Shown: positions 39,406 to 51,497 of the stretch, one piece after another
Numbering within the stretch: position 1 is the first letter of the stretch
Layout: each line of letters opens with the position of its first letter
Source of the DNA: Eledone cirrhosa
Taxonomy: Eukaryota
Assembly (NCBI GenBank): GCA_964016885.1
Contig: OZ024740.1
Span: forward strand, 427,366,001 to 427,430,000
Direction: 5' to 3'
Length of the DNA: 64,000 bases
Translations under genes and position numbers: made by a program
Notes under the pieces: model-generated
What the model saw: the letters and a program-made list of their open reading frames with translations, nothing else
What the model was told of the DNA's origin: nothing
Database searches by the model: none

Positions 39406-40147
39406 CACCAACCTGATCAGCCTCCGGTATCGACATATACTTCATAATTATATGAATTTGAGAGGAAAGGCCTGTTAGGTTTATGTGTTTTGGTTATTGT
39501 CGTATACGTAATGGGAATTGTTTGGACACGTAGGATACAGCAGAGTTGTTCAGTGTGTGTAATAAGCAGGTTATAGGTTTGTAATCTAGGCTTAGTGGAG
39601 GGTAGTTGCTGTATCTGTGTCAATGTTGATTGCGCACGAGTCGTGAGAGGATACGGGCTGATAAAAAAACTGTTTTCTTTTGTTTTGGGCTGTCTAAAGA
39701 ATTGTATTTGTAACAGTTGAACTCTAATTTCCCATCTAAGTAAATTAGGCGCTGTCTAGCTTATACCATGTTGAATTTCATCCCGGTTTCGGTGGAATCG
39801 TTCGATATGTAAGAAATATTTTCCCCGTGGGGCACTTGTTGAAAAGGTCTTTAAGACTATTTAGCATGCATATTATATGCAAATTCTCTGGTGTGCAGTA
39901 GTGGCATTTTTAACGATTTTTACCGTTTTTGGTACTTCCACAACGTCTTTTACATATTTTCTCCGTCGTCGTGTTTTCCAGGTGACCTCATGTACTTTAA
40001 ATACACTTAAACAACGGAAATTTAGACAATCTTTAATGCATAGCTTTGGTACGTGACGAGGAAACTTTTTGTATACAAGATCATCATACATCTGCTTTCA
40101 GATCTTCAAATTTCTATACATACATAGGTGGTTATATATATATATTA

Positions 40148-40209
<62 letters not shown>

Positions 40210-41119
40210 ATATATATGTCTTTCACACCAAATTTTCACTAGCGTCAAAGCTATTTATTACATATTAAATATAATTTCATTTCAAATGTATAAAATAAGA
40301 TGAAATAATTAGATAAAAACCATTATGATCAAGAATAATTTAAACAATACTTTGATTCATTAAAAATATGAAAAACGGTAAACAATGCAGGCTGGATTCT
40401 CTTAAAAACATCCATTGTTTAATCTCAAATAATCTTTCAGTTAAGATTTTCTAATGCACGCTAGGTTCCCTACTTAAACTAATACTCTAAACGGCAGCTA
40501 ATCAGGTTTCGTGATGGAATATTTTAGAAAATTCCTAAAAACATTTCTCGCATGAACATTATTTTGTTGTGCGGTCAACATCTTATTTTTGGTCGATTTA
40601 ATTGCTTCGTAAGTTGTAAATGTTTAAATGTGGGAGAAAAGATATAAAGAAGAACTTTATAAATATAGAAAACAAAGAACTACTACAAAGAGAAAAAAAT
40701 CAACGAAAATACAATAGAAATTAATGAAGAAAATGAACTTTCAAAGAGAAATCAAAAGAAAAGAACAACAAGGGAAATAATTCATAATTGACGGCGTATT
40801 TTCTCTCGAAAGCGATAAATTGAAAATCGAAAATGTATTTTAAAAATGTAACTACACTTAACCCAAGCTGTTAGTCAAAAATGTATAATTCCCAGCAGAG
40901 ATTTTTCACTTCACGAAGAAAATCTCTCTTTTTTTTTTATTTAAGAAATGAAAAGAACAGAAGACAATAAACGCCCTCATTGTCCTTGTTGTAGTAGTTG
41001 TTACTTGATTTTCTTGATTATTTTGTTGTTGATCTTTACTCCGCAACCTTCGCGTTATTTATCCCGTCTCTTATTCATATCTGCTCCCAACTACTCCAAA
41101 TCTTTCATCTTTATATCAA

Positions 41120-41667
41120 CTAGCAGAAAAACCACCCACTGGGTGGTTTTCTGCTAGTATGTGTAGTGTGTATATTGATATTATACGCAAGTATATATGC
41201 ATGTAGATATGATACATCAAATAAAATCGTAATTGACAATATACACAGAAATTGAACAAAGACTGCGTTACACTGTCTTATGTAATCAGTAACGTAATCC
41301 ATGATACATTAAAAAAAGACATTATATATAAACTGCATTAGGAGAAAATTAGTGACGGAAATATATGAATGTTTATTTATCTACGAAACTTAGTAGATAA
41401 GTTATGTAATATTCACTCATTATTTATTCAAAGGGCGGTGGACTGGCAGTATCGGTAGAGGGTCGGACGCCATGCTTTGTAGCACAGTTACGTCCCTTTA
41501 CGGACTGAGTTCAAATCCAGCCGAGGTTAACTTTGCCTTTCATCCTTACGGGGTCGATAAAATAAAGTACCAGTAATACACTGAGATAATTGCTGGCCTT
41601 GTGCCAAAAAGTAGAAACAATTATTTATTCAAAGTAATCCAACTTCTTACGTTATTATAGTTTATGA
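41120..41667 (-). mobile_element. Non-autonomous Helitron-like element, copy 1 (internally deleted), containing a SINE A at 41432-41622
   Basis: 5' TCATAAACTATAATAA; 3' hairpin accaccc-agt-gggtggt then CTAG followed by T; homologous to 49819-50488. Confidence 0.72.
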
Positions 41668-42868
41668 GTGTGGCAGAAATGGTAGAAGCGGAGAACATAT
41701 TTTTGAATTGTTAGTAACGTGCCATTACAAGTCATCCGTTAAGGATCAGATCTGTACTGAAGTCAATATTGTTGGTCTTTCAAATACCTGTTCTTGCACC
41801 TAAATTTGAAACCAAAAGAGCGGTGGACTGGCTGCATAAAATAGAATGATGTGTCGTGTATGTTTCGGCTCTATAAAGTTTAAGTTGAAAACCTCGCTGT
41901 GGTCAACTTTACCTTCTATTCTTCACAGTTACACAAATACTCGGACACACAAACAAACACATAAACCCACCTACGCAAACACATACAAGCACATATGAAT
42001 AGATACACACATAATGAGGTGTACAAACACATACATACACACACACACGTCCTTCAAGTGTCGATAAAGCTAAGTAATAGTCGGGTCAAGGAGTTCATGT
42101 AATTGACTTAATCTTCACACGAAATTGCTGGAATTATGTCTAAATAGACCCCTGTTATTAACCTGGCATTTATTGTGCTACCAAGCTTTCACAGCCCTTT
42201 ACCTGCTGGACAACGTGATCGACCACCAGAAAACAATGATTGCATTCTAAAAAGAATTAATGAATATTATAACTGACGTTGGTCTGAGAATTGACGAGGG
42301 CAGTCTGAGCAAATTCTCCTAAAAGACTTTCAAGTCAGGGATGATGGACATTTTCAAAATATCCTTGGAATCGCAGGGTTTCAAGAAGTCATTGCAAGTT
42401 AGAGATAATTTCTAACGGCAAAGAAGTGCCAATAGCCAAACTTGTTTGAGAAATGTCCAGTACGACAAAACCGTCCAATATTCTATCTCTAAGAGTCCGA
42501 GTTTAGCAGACATGTGGGCTTAGGTCTAACAGCGGATATCATGTGTAGAAAACGTGCAGGACGTGTCTATAGTGAACATTGAACTTCCAAATTCCTTTGG
42601 CAGGGAAAGGCACTAAGAGGATAATGCAACCTAGTAAATGTTATGAAAATGTGTGAAAGTACTCAAAATGGCTTCATTAAATTAGTTCACATAAACTATT
42701 TGACAATAGATTTGTGGCATAAACTGGAAGAAATATTGAGTGTTTCAAGGTCCTCCTCTGAAGTCCTTTCTATGCTACTGTAGTATAATTCATAATATCT
42801 ATTTACTCATGTAACCTTACTGTTATTTCCAAATCCCCTATTTTATTCAATGCAAATCTCCCACAATA

Positions 42869-43060
42869 TAATTGTTTCTACTTTTGGCACAAGGCCAGCA
42901 ATTACCCAGTGCATTACTGGTACTTTATTTTATCGACCCCGTAAGGATGAAAGGCAAAGTTAACCTCGGCGGGATTTGAACTCAGAATGGCAAGGACCGT
43001 AACTCTATACGTCAAAGCATGGCATCCGACCCTCTTCCAATACTGCAAATTCACCGCCCT
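42869..43060 (-). mobile_element. SINE family A
   Basis: Full head, core and tail. Confidence 0.92.
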
Positions 43061-43358
43061 TGTTGTTTTCCTATATATTTCGCTTTTTTACAGCCCACAA
43101 AATTATCTAGAGTATGGTTGTTGCTAGTTGAACATTTTTACCTGATTTGTTACCACCTCGGTAACATATTACCACCTTGAAACATGTTTTGGCCCTTTAT
43201 TCTGTGTGGTTGCATTCTGAGGTAAATTTGTTTTTCATTCTTCTAGAGTTGATAAAAGAAGGAACATGTGAAGAACTTTCTTATCGTATTTAGTAAGCGA
43301 ATGGTAGAGGCAAATGTGATAGTGTATAAAAGACTGACAGATGCTAACGACAGCAACA

Positions 43359-43541
43359 GTTGACTGATAAAATGACAAGTCAGTCAATCATATTGGTGGC
43401 CTCCCCACAGCCTCAGCGGACAGAATGGAGAAGGCGTTTCCCCGGAGGACGGCAAGGGAGATGCGCTGGAAATGCTATTCCAACTCGCGAGACTCACTCC
43501 TGCGGCTGGCCAGCTGAGCGCCTATGGTGATGAGTAGGGAG
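43359..43541 (-). mobile_element. CRE-clade LINE 3' end
   Basis: IGAQLASRRSESRELE*HFQRISLAVLRGNAFSILSA; close homolog of 35398-35577. Confidence 0.72.
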
Positions 43542-43936
43542 GTAATTAGTTGTGGCAATTTTCTCTTCTGAGTTCATGTCGTATAAATGTCAACTTTGCT
43601 TTGAGTCCTTCTGGGGTCAACAAAATAAAGTAGCAGTAAATAAATTGGGACGATATAATTGAGTACGTCACCAAAGAAAAAGAAAAGAAACTTGTGGTCA
43701 TTTGCCTAAATTAAAAGACATTGAGTGTTAGTTAATGTCATTGTCGTTGTTGTCATTGCTGTATTAGATGCAACACCGTCAATATTGGCGGGTATTTTAG
43801 TGTAAGACATCAGAGCAAATATTAATTGTTTGGCGTGAGACATGGAAGGTGACAATCTTTAAGGAGGAATTAAGATGAATATAATTTTTAAAGCTATTTT
43901 TTTTATTCCCCTATAAAAATAAACGCAATGTGCATA

Positions 43937-43996
<60 letters not shown>

Positions 43997-44138
43997 CGCA
44001 CATACACACACATATATATATATATATATATATTGTGTGTGTGTGTGTATGTAAAAGGTAAACAGAAATAACAACACAATCGGTACAGTATATGCAAGAG
44101 ATATATTAGGTTAACGCTTCATATAGCAGGAAGAGCGG

Positions 44139-44172
44139 CTTAACGTTTCGAACGCTTGTCCTTCATCAGAAG
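44139..44172 (-). ncRNA. Minimal type I hammerhead ribozyme
   Basis: CUU-CUGAUGA-A-GGAC(AAGC)GUUC-GAA-ACGU-U-AAG; palindromic ACGU stem III. Confidence 0.7.
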
Positions 44173-44299
44173 AAAGAATGAGAAATAAGATAGATTGAGG
44201 GGACGGGCGGGTTGGAATTGGAAAAAATGTCTTTAGATAAATATCACAGGTCCATTCATGTTGACATCTCTTGCAAAATATATTTATTTATTTATTTAT

Positions 44300-44830
44300 T
44301 TATCTCTATCTCTCTCTTCCTTCCTAGATGAGTCCCGATGTACGAAGCTTACCTAGGTAGACCGTACAAATCACATATTTGTCCTCTGTATAATCGAGCA
44401 CTTTATATTGTGGACAATCTAGTCTATCCCTATTAATGGAGTTACAGAATACATTATCTAGACACTTCTGGATGACGCGATGTAGATTGACCATGTTCAT
44501 ATTGGGATATTCGGGAAACCTAGTCAGTAACTCCCAGACAGATGGAAACGTCTCAGCAGGTTTGCGAGGTTTATCTCCCCTCGTTTCCTATCTGTATATC
44601 TCACAGTATCTCAGCATGCATCCAAGATACCATTCAATGTCCCACTAACTTTAATGAGCTCCTCGGAAGGGGTTTCCAGGCGTTTGATGATATATGGCCA
44701 ACCTATCTGGTTACGTCTAGCATCACCATCTTAGAGTCTGGGTCCAAGAAGATGGTCTGTATCGTGAGAATCAGATGTTTCCGATACATCACAGTGATTC
44801 CACCTCTCAAATCCTGAAACACTCTTTGAT
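44300..44830 (-). mobile_element. Degraded Tx1 endonuclease-domain fragment
   Basis: Nucleotide similarity to 7000-7500 (tatctaga..tctggatgac, tctgggtccaagaagatgg). Confidence 0.6.
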
Positions 44831-44841
44831 GACTACCATAT

Positions 44842-44967
44842 TAATTGTTTCTACTTTTGGCACAAGGCCAGCAATTACTCCAGTGCATTACTGGTACTTT
44901 ATTTTATCGACCCCGTAAAGATGAAAGGCAAAGTTAACCTCGATGGGATTTGAACTCAGACCGTAAA
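44842..44967 (-). mobile_element. 5'-truncated SINE family A
   Basis: B box through tail. Confidence 0.88.
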
Positions 44968-45682
44968 TGCATTCTTGTCGTGGCAAACCCCTATTCTTTT
45001 TTACAGGGCTAAAGTGTGTTCACAGGTCGTTTTAAGGGAGATTTAGCTTCGAGTTTGTTCGTTTGTTTTTCAGTTTGTGTAACAACGTGGAAGCTTCACA
45101 ACTGGTTGGAGCTCGTTCATTGACTCAGATCACAAGGAAAAAGAAACAAATTTAGCCATGTTTGAATAATTGTCTAAAGGTTGAAAGTAAGTTACAGGTA
45201 TGATCTTACAAATCATACATTCGTCTCATCCAATTGGTATATATTTATTCATTTTGTGAAAAATGTACTGGGAAATGATCCAGCAAGATAGTTTCTCTGT
45301 GGACGATTGGCAGTCTAGAAATAGCAGCCAAATTCCCACAAATAATAACCACCCGTCTTAAAATTACATGTTGGATAATATCTTGGGTTCGCTGCACAGA
45401 ATCAAATAATTAAAAAAAATTCGTATTCACTGCTGGAATGAATTTGATTTAATGTCTACTCGATCAGGACTGAACAGAGGCTAAACAACATAGAAAAGAC
45501 AGTTGATCAAAGATAGATAAAAAATATTTTAAAATATTGATAATGATGTGAGAGGGAATGACTGGGAGAGGGAATAAGAGAAAAAATTAATATATTTGTG
45601 TGTGAAAGACAGAGAAAGACTGTTTAAATGTTCATGTATGGACTGGATGATAAAATATGGGAGAAAGAAAAGCAAGGAGAAT

Positions 45683-45713
<31 letters not shown>

Positions 45714-48700
45714 TGTGTGTGTGTGTGAGTGGGGGAAGAGAAAAAGTACCAAGACAACTTTGAAAACAATGAAAGGAAATAAACGTTGGTTTTCATGATG
45801 GTGAAGAAGAAGAAGAAGAAGAAGAAGAAGAAGAAGAAGAATGCACTGAAAAAGCAAGTGAAAGATAAAGAAGATTAAAAAGAGAAAGGAAGGACTGTTA
45901 AAAAGGAAATAGTAAAAGCAAGAAGGAGTAAAATAAATTAGATTATTTAAACAAAATAGCAATACACAAGATATAGTGGAGGAGGTGGAACTATTTAGCT
46001 TAAGAAGCACACTAGATGCTCAGTCGTCACGACAGTATAAGCACAGTTTTAAAAAGTCCTTATCAAGAAGAAAAATTGAAAAACACATGATAGATAGAGG
46101 ATAGACAGATAGAAATACAAGAGAATAAATAGATAGATCTGTTGATATATATATATATATATATATACAGATAGATAGATAAATAGATAGAGGAGATAGA
46201 CAGGTAGATAGATAGAAGGATAGCGAGCTAGATAGAGAGAAAGAGATAAACATAGAGAGAGATAGAGATAGAGAGATAGATAGAGAGAGAGAGAGAAAGA
46301 GAGAGAAAGAATAATCTTGTTACAAACATATACAAAAATAAGCAACCATAATATATTTCCCAAATGATCAGAAAATCTCGTTTTTAAAACGTTTTTCGTA
46401 AATTATTGTTGTTTGCGTTTTTTTTCTTGTTTTCTAGATTTGTTGTAGTTGTTGTAGTTGTTGTAAACACTGAGGAAACTAAAATATAATAAACAACTAA
46501 AAACCATTGAATAAAATAAGGGGGAAGATTAGTGAAATAGAAAATTAACAATTTAAAAAAATAATTGAATAAATAAAACAGGCAGATATTTCTTGGGAAT
46601 AATATTTATAAAAAAGAAATAAGTGAAATTCAAAATTGAAATCAACGAGAAGAAAAAAGAAATGATTTAATAAAATAAAAGAAAGTTTTTTGGTAATTGT
46701 CACGCCCAAATGGAGTCTTGTACTTCAATTGTATAAATAAATAGTTTTCTTGAGAAGTATAACACGTAGAAGGAATATATTCCCGCCTTTGAATTGTAAT
46801 GTATTTTCCTGAACTTAATACGTTTTTCTTCTCCTCTATGTTATATTATCGTTATAACTATTTTATAATTATTATTTTTCTTTTATAAATTTCTATCATT
46901 TACACTCGTAGCTTCTTTTCTCCCTTCTTTTCTTTTTCGTTGTCTTTTTAATGCAACTTTTAACGTGATTAAATTTCATGGATTTAGATATTCTCTATGT
47001 ACTTAAAGCCATTCTATAATCTGGTGAATGTTGAGAAGTGACAGGAGTGAGAGACCGTTACTTAATGTTTCACTACGTTCATTTAAACAATATGCATGCA
47101 TTAGGAATCACAAGCAAAACATTCATTATCTTTCCTTCCATTTTCTTTCAATATTTCCTTATTTCCGTTTATTTTTCTTTCTCCTATTACGTTTTTTTTT
47201 TCTAAAATACCGGTTAGAAGTGATATTATCGTGGGTAACTGCATTTTTATTGCACATAGAAATATAACAAAGAATCTTTACAGCTGCATAGGAATAGATA
47301 ATATAGGACTCCACCAGTTTTGAACTTGGGCATTGAAAAAAAAATAAAAGAAAAATATCTTAATACTTGAAAGATAACATATCTCTGATATATGAACATA
47401 TTTAATAACATAACTAGAGTGACAGGAGACTAATGTAGAGTCTACTTAGTGAGAATACGAAATGAAAGCTACTTCATCCTATTAAAATTGTGTATTAAAA
47501 TTATATTTTCGTGATTTCCCCCGGATATGATGTATTTAGTACTACATTGTTCAATTATTCATTCACTTTATGAGATGGCATACGAGGAAAATTCATATGC
47601 TATTCGTATCAAATAGAATCGCTATGTAGGAGCTACTTTGTTAGTGAGAAGTTAACAGATGTTAGTGGTTATCTTTGTTGCTAGGGCTTGGGGACAAAAC
47701 ATAGTCGCAAGGAATTAGTTGCTTGGGCTACCCATATTTCTTCTAGAATGCTAAGAAGATTAAAAGTGAGCACCTCTATACAATCATTTATGTTGCTAGA
47801 AATTGCAGCCAGATCTCCATAAAATTGAATTCAAGCGTAATAAAAATTAAACGAAGCTACATTAAATTTGTTTATGAAAATCTAGTCTGAAAAAGGTTCA
47901 ACAAAATAACTTTGATGAAGACTAACCCCAGCCAAAACAACAACAATAACAACAACAAATACAAAAAACTGTCATTTTGTTTCTTTTTCGTCAACTTTAC
48001 AACTTCTAAATAGTATTCAAACCTTTCAAACTTATTTATGATAATCAATCGCCATTAAAGCATATTCGATATTTTTTACTGTTATTGATGTCGAGGTTAT
48101 TGTTGAATTCATCGTCAATCCTGATCAGTAAGTAAAGGTCTTGTAGCCGTAGCCGAACAATTTCTACAAGTCTTCTCCTCCCATGTTAGACCCGAGCCAG
48201 TCATTACCGAGTAGAAATATTAAACGTTTTCAGCTCTCGACCATCCCGTCTTTTTATAAATGAGAGACTACATTGTCCCATGTATCTTTCTTTACTTAAA
48301 ATGATAAGATGCGGTTTGAGGGAGATTTGAGGCTGCTATATCCCAGCAGCAGCAGCGGTCACATAGAAATCCGCTTGTTAACCCGAAGCTTTGGACACCT
48401 TTACATGGAACAAAGGTTTAGCGTTGCAGTGTTTTAGATTTAAAAATATACTCAAACTGAGACCAGCCAAGATTGTATCATGTTTTATTTCATACTGATT
48501 AGTAAGGTGGGGAGATCAATATCCAGAAATCCTTCTCAGGACTTCCATGATCGTTATGAGGGCGAAAGGAAAGGATCCTCAAAGTGGAGAACTTACACAA
48601 ATGCTTGCAACATAGTGGACCCCACTAAAGGCATCCAAGAGACTTATGGTAGAGTTAAACTGTGCAAGGAATTAGAAGAGGCTCTAAGACATTTAGTATT

Positions 48701-48986
48701 CTGATAGTTTAAGTGTCAGTTCACTTACTGTAAGTTAAGTACAAAACTCTCTTTATTTCCCTCACCAAATTAATTTGTATGTATATGAAAGGAATGACCC
48801 TTTCTCTATCTCACTGTTCACTGCATCTAATTTATATTACCTCATATCAGCACTGATGAAGCCCACCCATAGTTAAAGATATTCAGTTGCATTTGTTTAG
48901 CTTTATATATATATATAGGATTGAATTATCTGTCTCCTCTTTTAAAGCAGGTTGGGTTTGATTTATTGCTAATTCTCACGGGCTTT

Positions 48987-49222
48987 TATTTTTCAACATA
49001 GTCCCCCTTGCGGTTCACACATTGCTTCCATCGTTATCGCAGTGCTTAGATCCCATTAGTAAAAAAAGCTTTCATCCTGGTGGTAAAAAATGTCATCACA
49101 TCAACAACAGATACGACATCATAATCACTGCGATACTGGTTCCCAACCAAATGCTGTTCTTTTCATGCAGGGGAACATATGATAGTCAGATGGGGCCAAA
49201 TCAGGAGAATGGGGAGGGTAAT
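48987..49222 (-). mobile_element. Mariner transposase C-terminal remnant
   Basis: PPHSPDLAPSDYHMFP and RWKQCVNRKGDYVEK*. Confidence 0.82.
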
Positions 49223-49818
49223 CATAGGATTTTGTCTTACTCCAGATGAATCATAATCTACAATTTTGCTCAAATGCATATCAGGGTTCATCATCCGTCT
49301 TTCTCCCGTTAGACACTATATTTTCTCTGACTAGATTACCTAATGTACCACTCTACTTTTTCTACTAGATGACAATTTGAGGACAATTTGGCTACCATTC
49401 CATGTAGATTAAGCGACATTGTTCAAGCTGCAATTCTACCCAATATTCATTGTAATAAGAACTCTGTTATCTCGTATGTTTTTGTGATAGCAGGATTATA
49501 TTTATTTGAGGTGTATGAATGTTAATTTCTAGCATGACGTGTGACCTCAGGGGTTCTGTCATAGGCTCAAATTATATAATTGTAATATGCTGGCCTCAGT
49601 TTAATCAAATATATATGGCTTCTATGGTTGTTGTCGTTTAGCCTCAAGTCAATCCTGATTTAGCAAACCAATAATTAAATGTATTCCAGCCTTTTACTAT
49701 ATGTAGTGAGCTCAGTAAAGAATAGTCAGTTATATTTTAAAGATCCGTCAACCTCGTAGAAACTTCCTTGTTGATTCATATTGCCACAGTTGACATTCCT
49801 ATTGGTGATATTGACTAA

Positions 49819-50488
49819 TCTAAACTATAATAATGTAAGGAGTGCGGGACAGCGTCCAGAATATATTTTTTTATCCCGTTTGTAAAATAAGTTGGATTAA
49901 TTTGAATAAATAATTGTTTCTACTTTTGGTACAAGACCAGCAATTATCCCAGTGTATTACTGGTACTTTATTTTATCGACTCTGTAAGGATGAAAGGTAA
50001 AGTTAACCTCGGCGGGATTTGAACTCAGACCATAAAGGGCCGTAACTCTTTGCTGCAAAGCATGGCGTCCGACCCTCTACCGATACTGCCAATTTGGATA
50101 AATAATGAATGAATATTACATAATTTATCTACTAAATTTCATGATTGAATAAAAATAATTTAGTTGCTTATTCTAAGATTCACTTCTTTAAAATTTTCAA
50201 ATGTCATCACTTCCGGTTGGCGATCGTTTAAATAAACGTTCATATATTTCCGTCACTAATTTTCTCCTATTGCAGTTTATATATATATCGTCTTTTTTTT
50301 TATGTATCATGGATTATGTTACTGATTACATAAGACAGTGTTACATAGACTTCGTTCAATTTCTGTGTATATTGTCAATTACGATTTTATTTATATCATA
50401 TCTACACGTATATATTCTTGCGTATAATATAAATATGCACACTACACATGCTAGCAGAAAACCATCCAAATGGTGGTTTTTCTGGTAG
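49819..50488 (+). mobile_element. Non-autonomous Helitron-like element, copy 2, containing a SINE A (-) at 49909-50092
   Basis: A|TCTAAACTATAATAA 5' end; subterminal hairpin then GTAG|T; no target-site duplication. Confidence 0.75.
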
Positions 50489-50664
50489 TAGAAATTAATT
50501 TTTGTTATTGAATTAGCATACAAAGGACCAAGCGCATTCCACCCGTGACCATTTTGTTATTTCAGGTATACAATTGTCATGTCAATTTTGTAAGATTTGG
50601 AAATTTACTGCTATTTCAAATAAGCAGAGAATCCACGTACATGCTTCTCCCTTGGTTTCTGTAT

Positions 50665-50742
50665 TTAAGATAAATCAGTCTCCTGGAAGCCAAAATTGTC
50701 CAAAGCCTTCTCTTCGTACGATTTTCGATTCTGTTCTGAAAT
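50665..50742 (-). CDS. Candidate terminal coding exon of an unidentified host gene
   Basis: Acceptor ttatttattttcag, then ISEQNRKSYEEKALDNFGFQETDLS*; no homology recognised. Confidence 0.25.
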   Translation of the reverse strand: MSEQNRKSYEEKALDNFGFQETDLS

Positions 50743-50959
50743 CTGAAAATAAATAATAAAATCATTAATTTTTCAGTTCGACAACTTTATTTGTCGACAA
50801 CTTTATTCGATATGGAGTAATTCCAAAGTTATTGATCTCAAGGGTCATCATTGATTCCCAGAAAGTCCTGCGGGATTTCATGGTACCAGCTTAGCCGATT
50901 ACATGAAGGGTTCTCATTTATAAGGCCATCAGTTTTGTAGGGAGAGGAAATAAGATTAA

Positions 50960-51112
50960 ATCTACCCCAGTATGTTAATGGAACTTTAGTTCATCGATCC
51001 AGTAAGATGAAAGTCAAAGCTAACGTGGGTGACATTTGAAATAGAGCGCAAAGAAACGTACCTATATGCCTCAAAGCATGTTGTTCGACGCTCCACCGAT
51101 ACTGCCGATCCG
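50960..51112 (-). mobile_element. Degraded SINE family A
   Basis: ggcagtatcggtggagcgtcgaac..ctttcatctt..gatcgatgaa. Confidence 0.7.
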
Positions 51113-51242
51113 GGGCTCTTATATATAATGATATATACTGACGACTAAATCGCATGGAGACTCAAACATGATGGTAGATTAACTGTGCATTACTGTTTTT
51201 AGTTACAACCATATTATATACGGGCGCCATTTTAGTATAAAC

Positions 51243-51370
51243 CTGTTTATCTAATATTTCTCTGTCAAATGATAGGTTAGATATAGGCCTGAAAATATTG
51301 TTTATAATGTGCTTTATGACAGCGTGAGATGGGGAGTAATTATTTGTCTGTAATATGTCTTCATTTGTTT
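51243..51370 (-). CDS. Candidate internal exon, phase-compatible with 50665-50742
   Basis: AG...GT-bounded open stretch TNEDILQ...REILDKQ; weak splice sites. Confidence 0.15.
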
Positions 51371-51497
51371 CTAGTAGAATTAAATATTTCACTTAGCGTA
51401 CATAATAATTTTGTGTTTGTAGTTTTTGTACTTTTTTTTATAGAATTCATTTAAAATGCTTATCATTAATATTAATACTATTATTGTTCTTTGAGTC

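Noticed and set aside
43359-43541. GC-rich structured ncRNA repeated at 35.4 kb
   Set aside because: Explained as coding remnant of a CRE-clade LINE C-terminus (FQRISLAVLRGNA)
48850-48892. Hammerhead at gcaCTGATGAagcc...
   Set aside because: No GAAA core and no convincing stem II; at best a dead remnant
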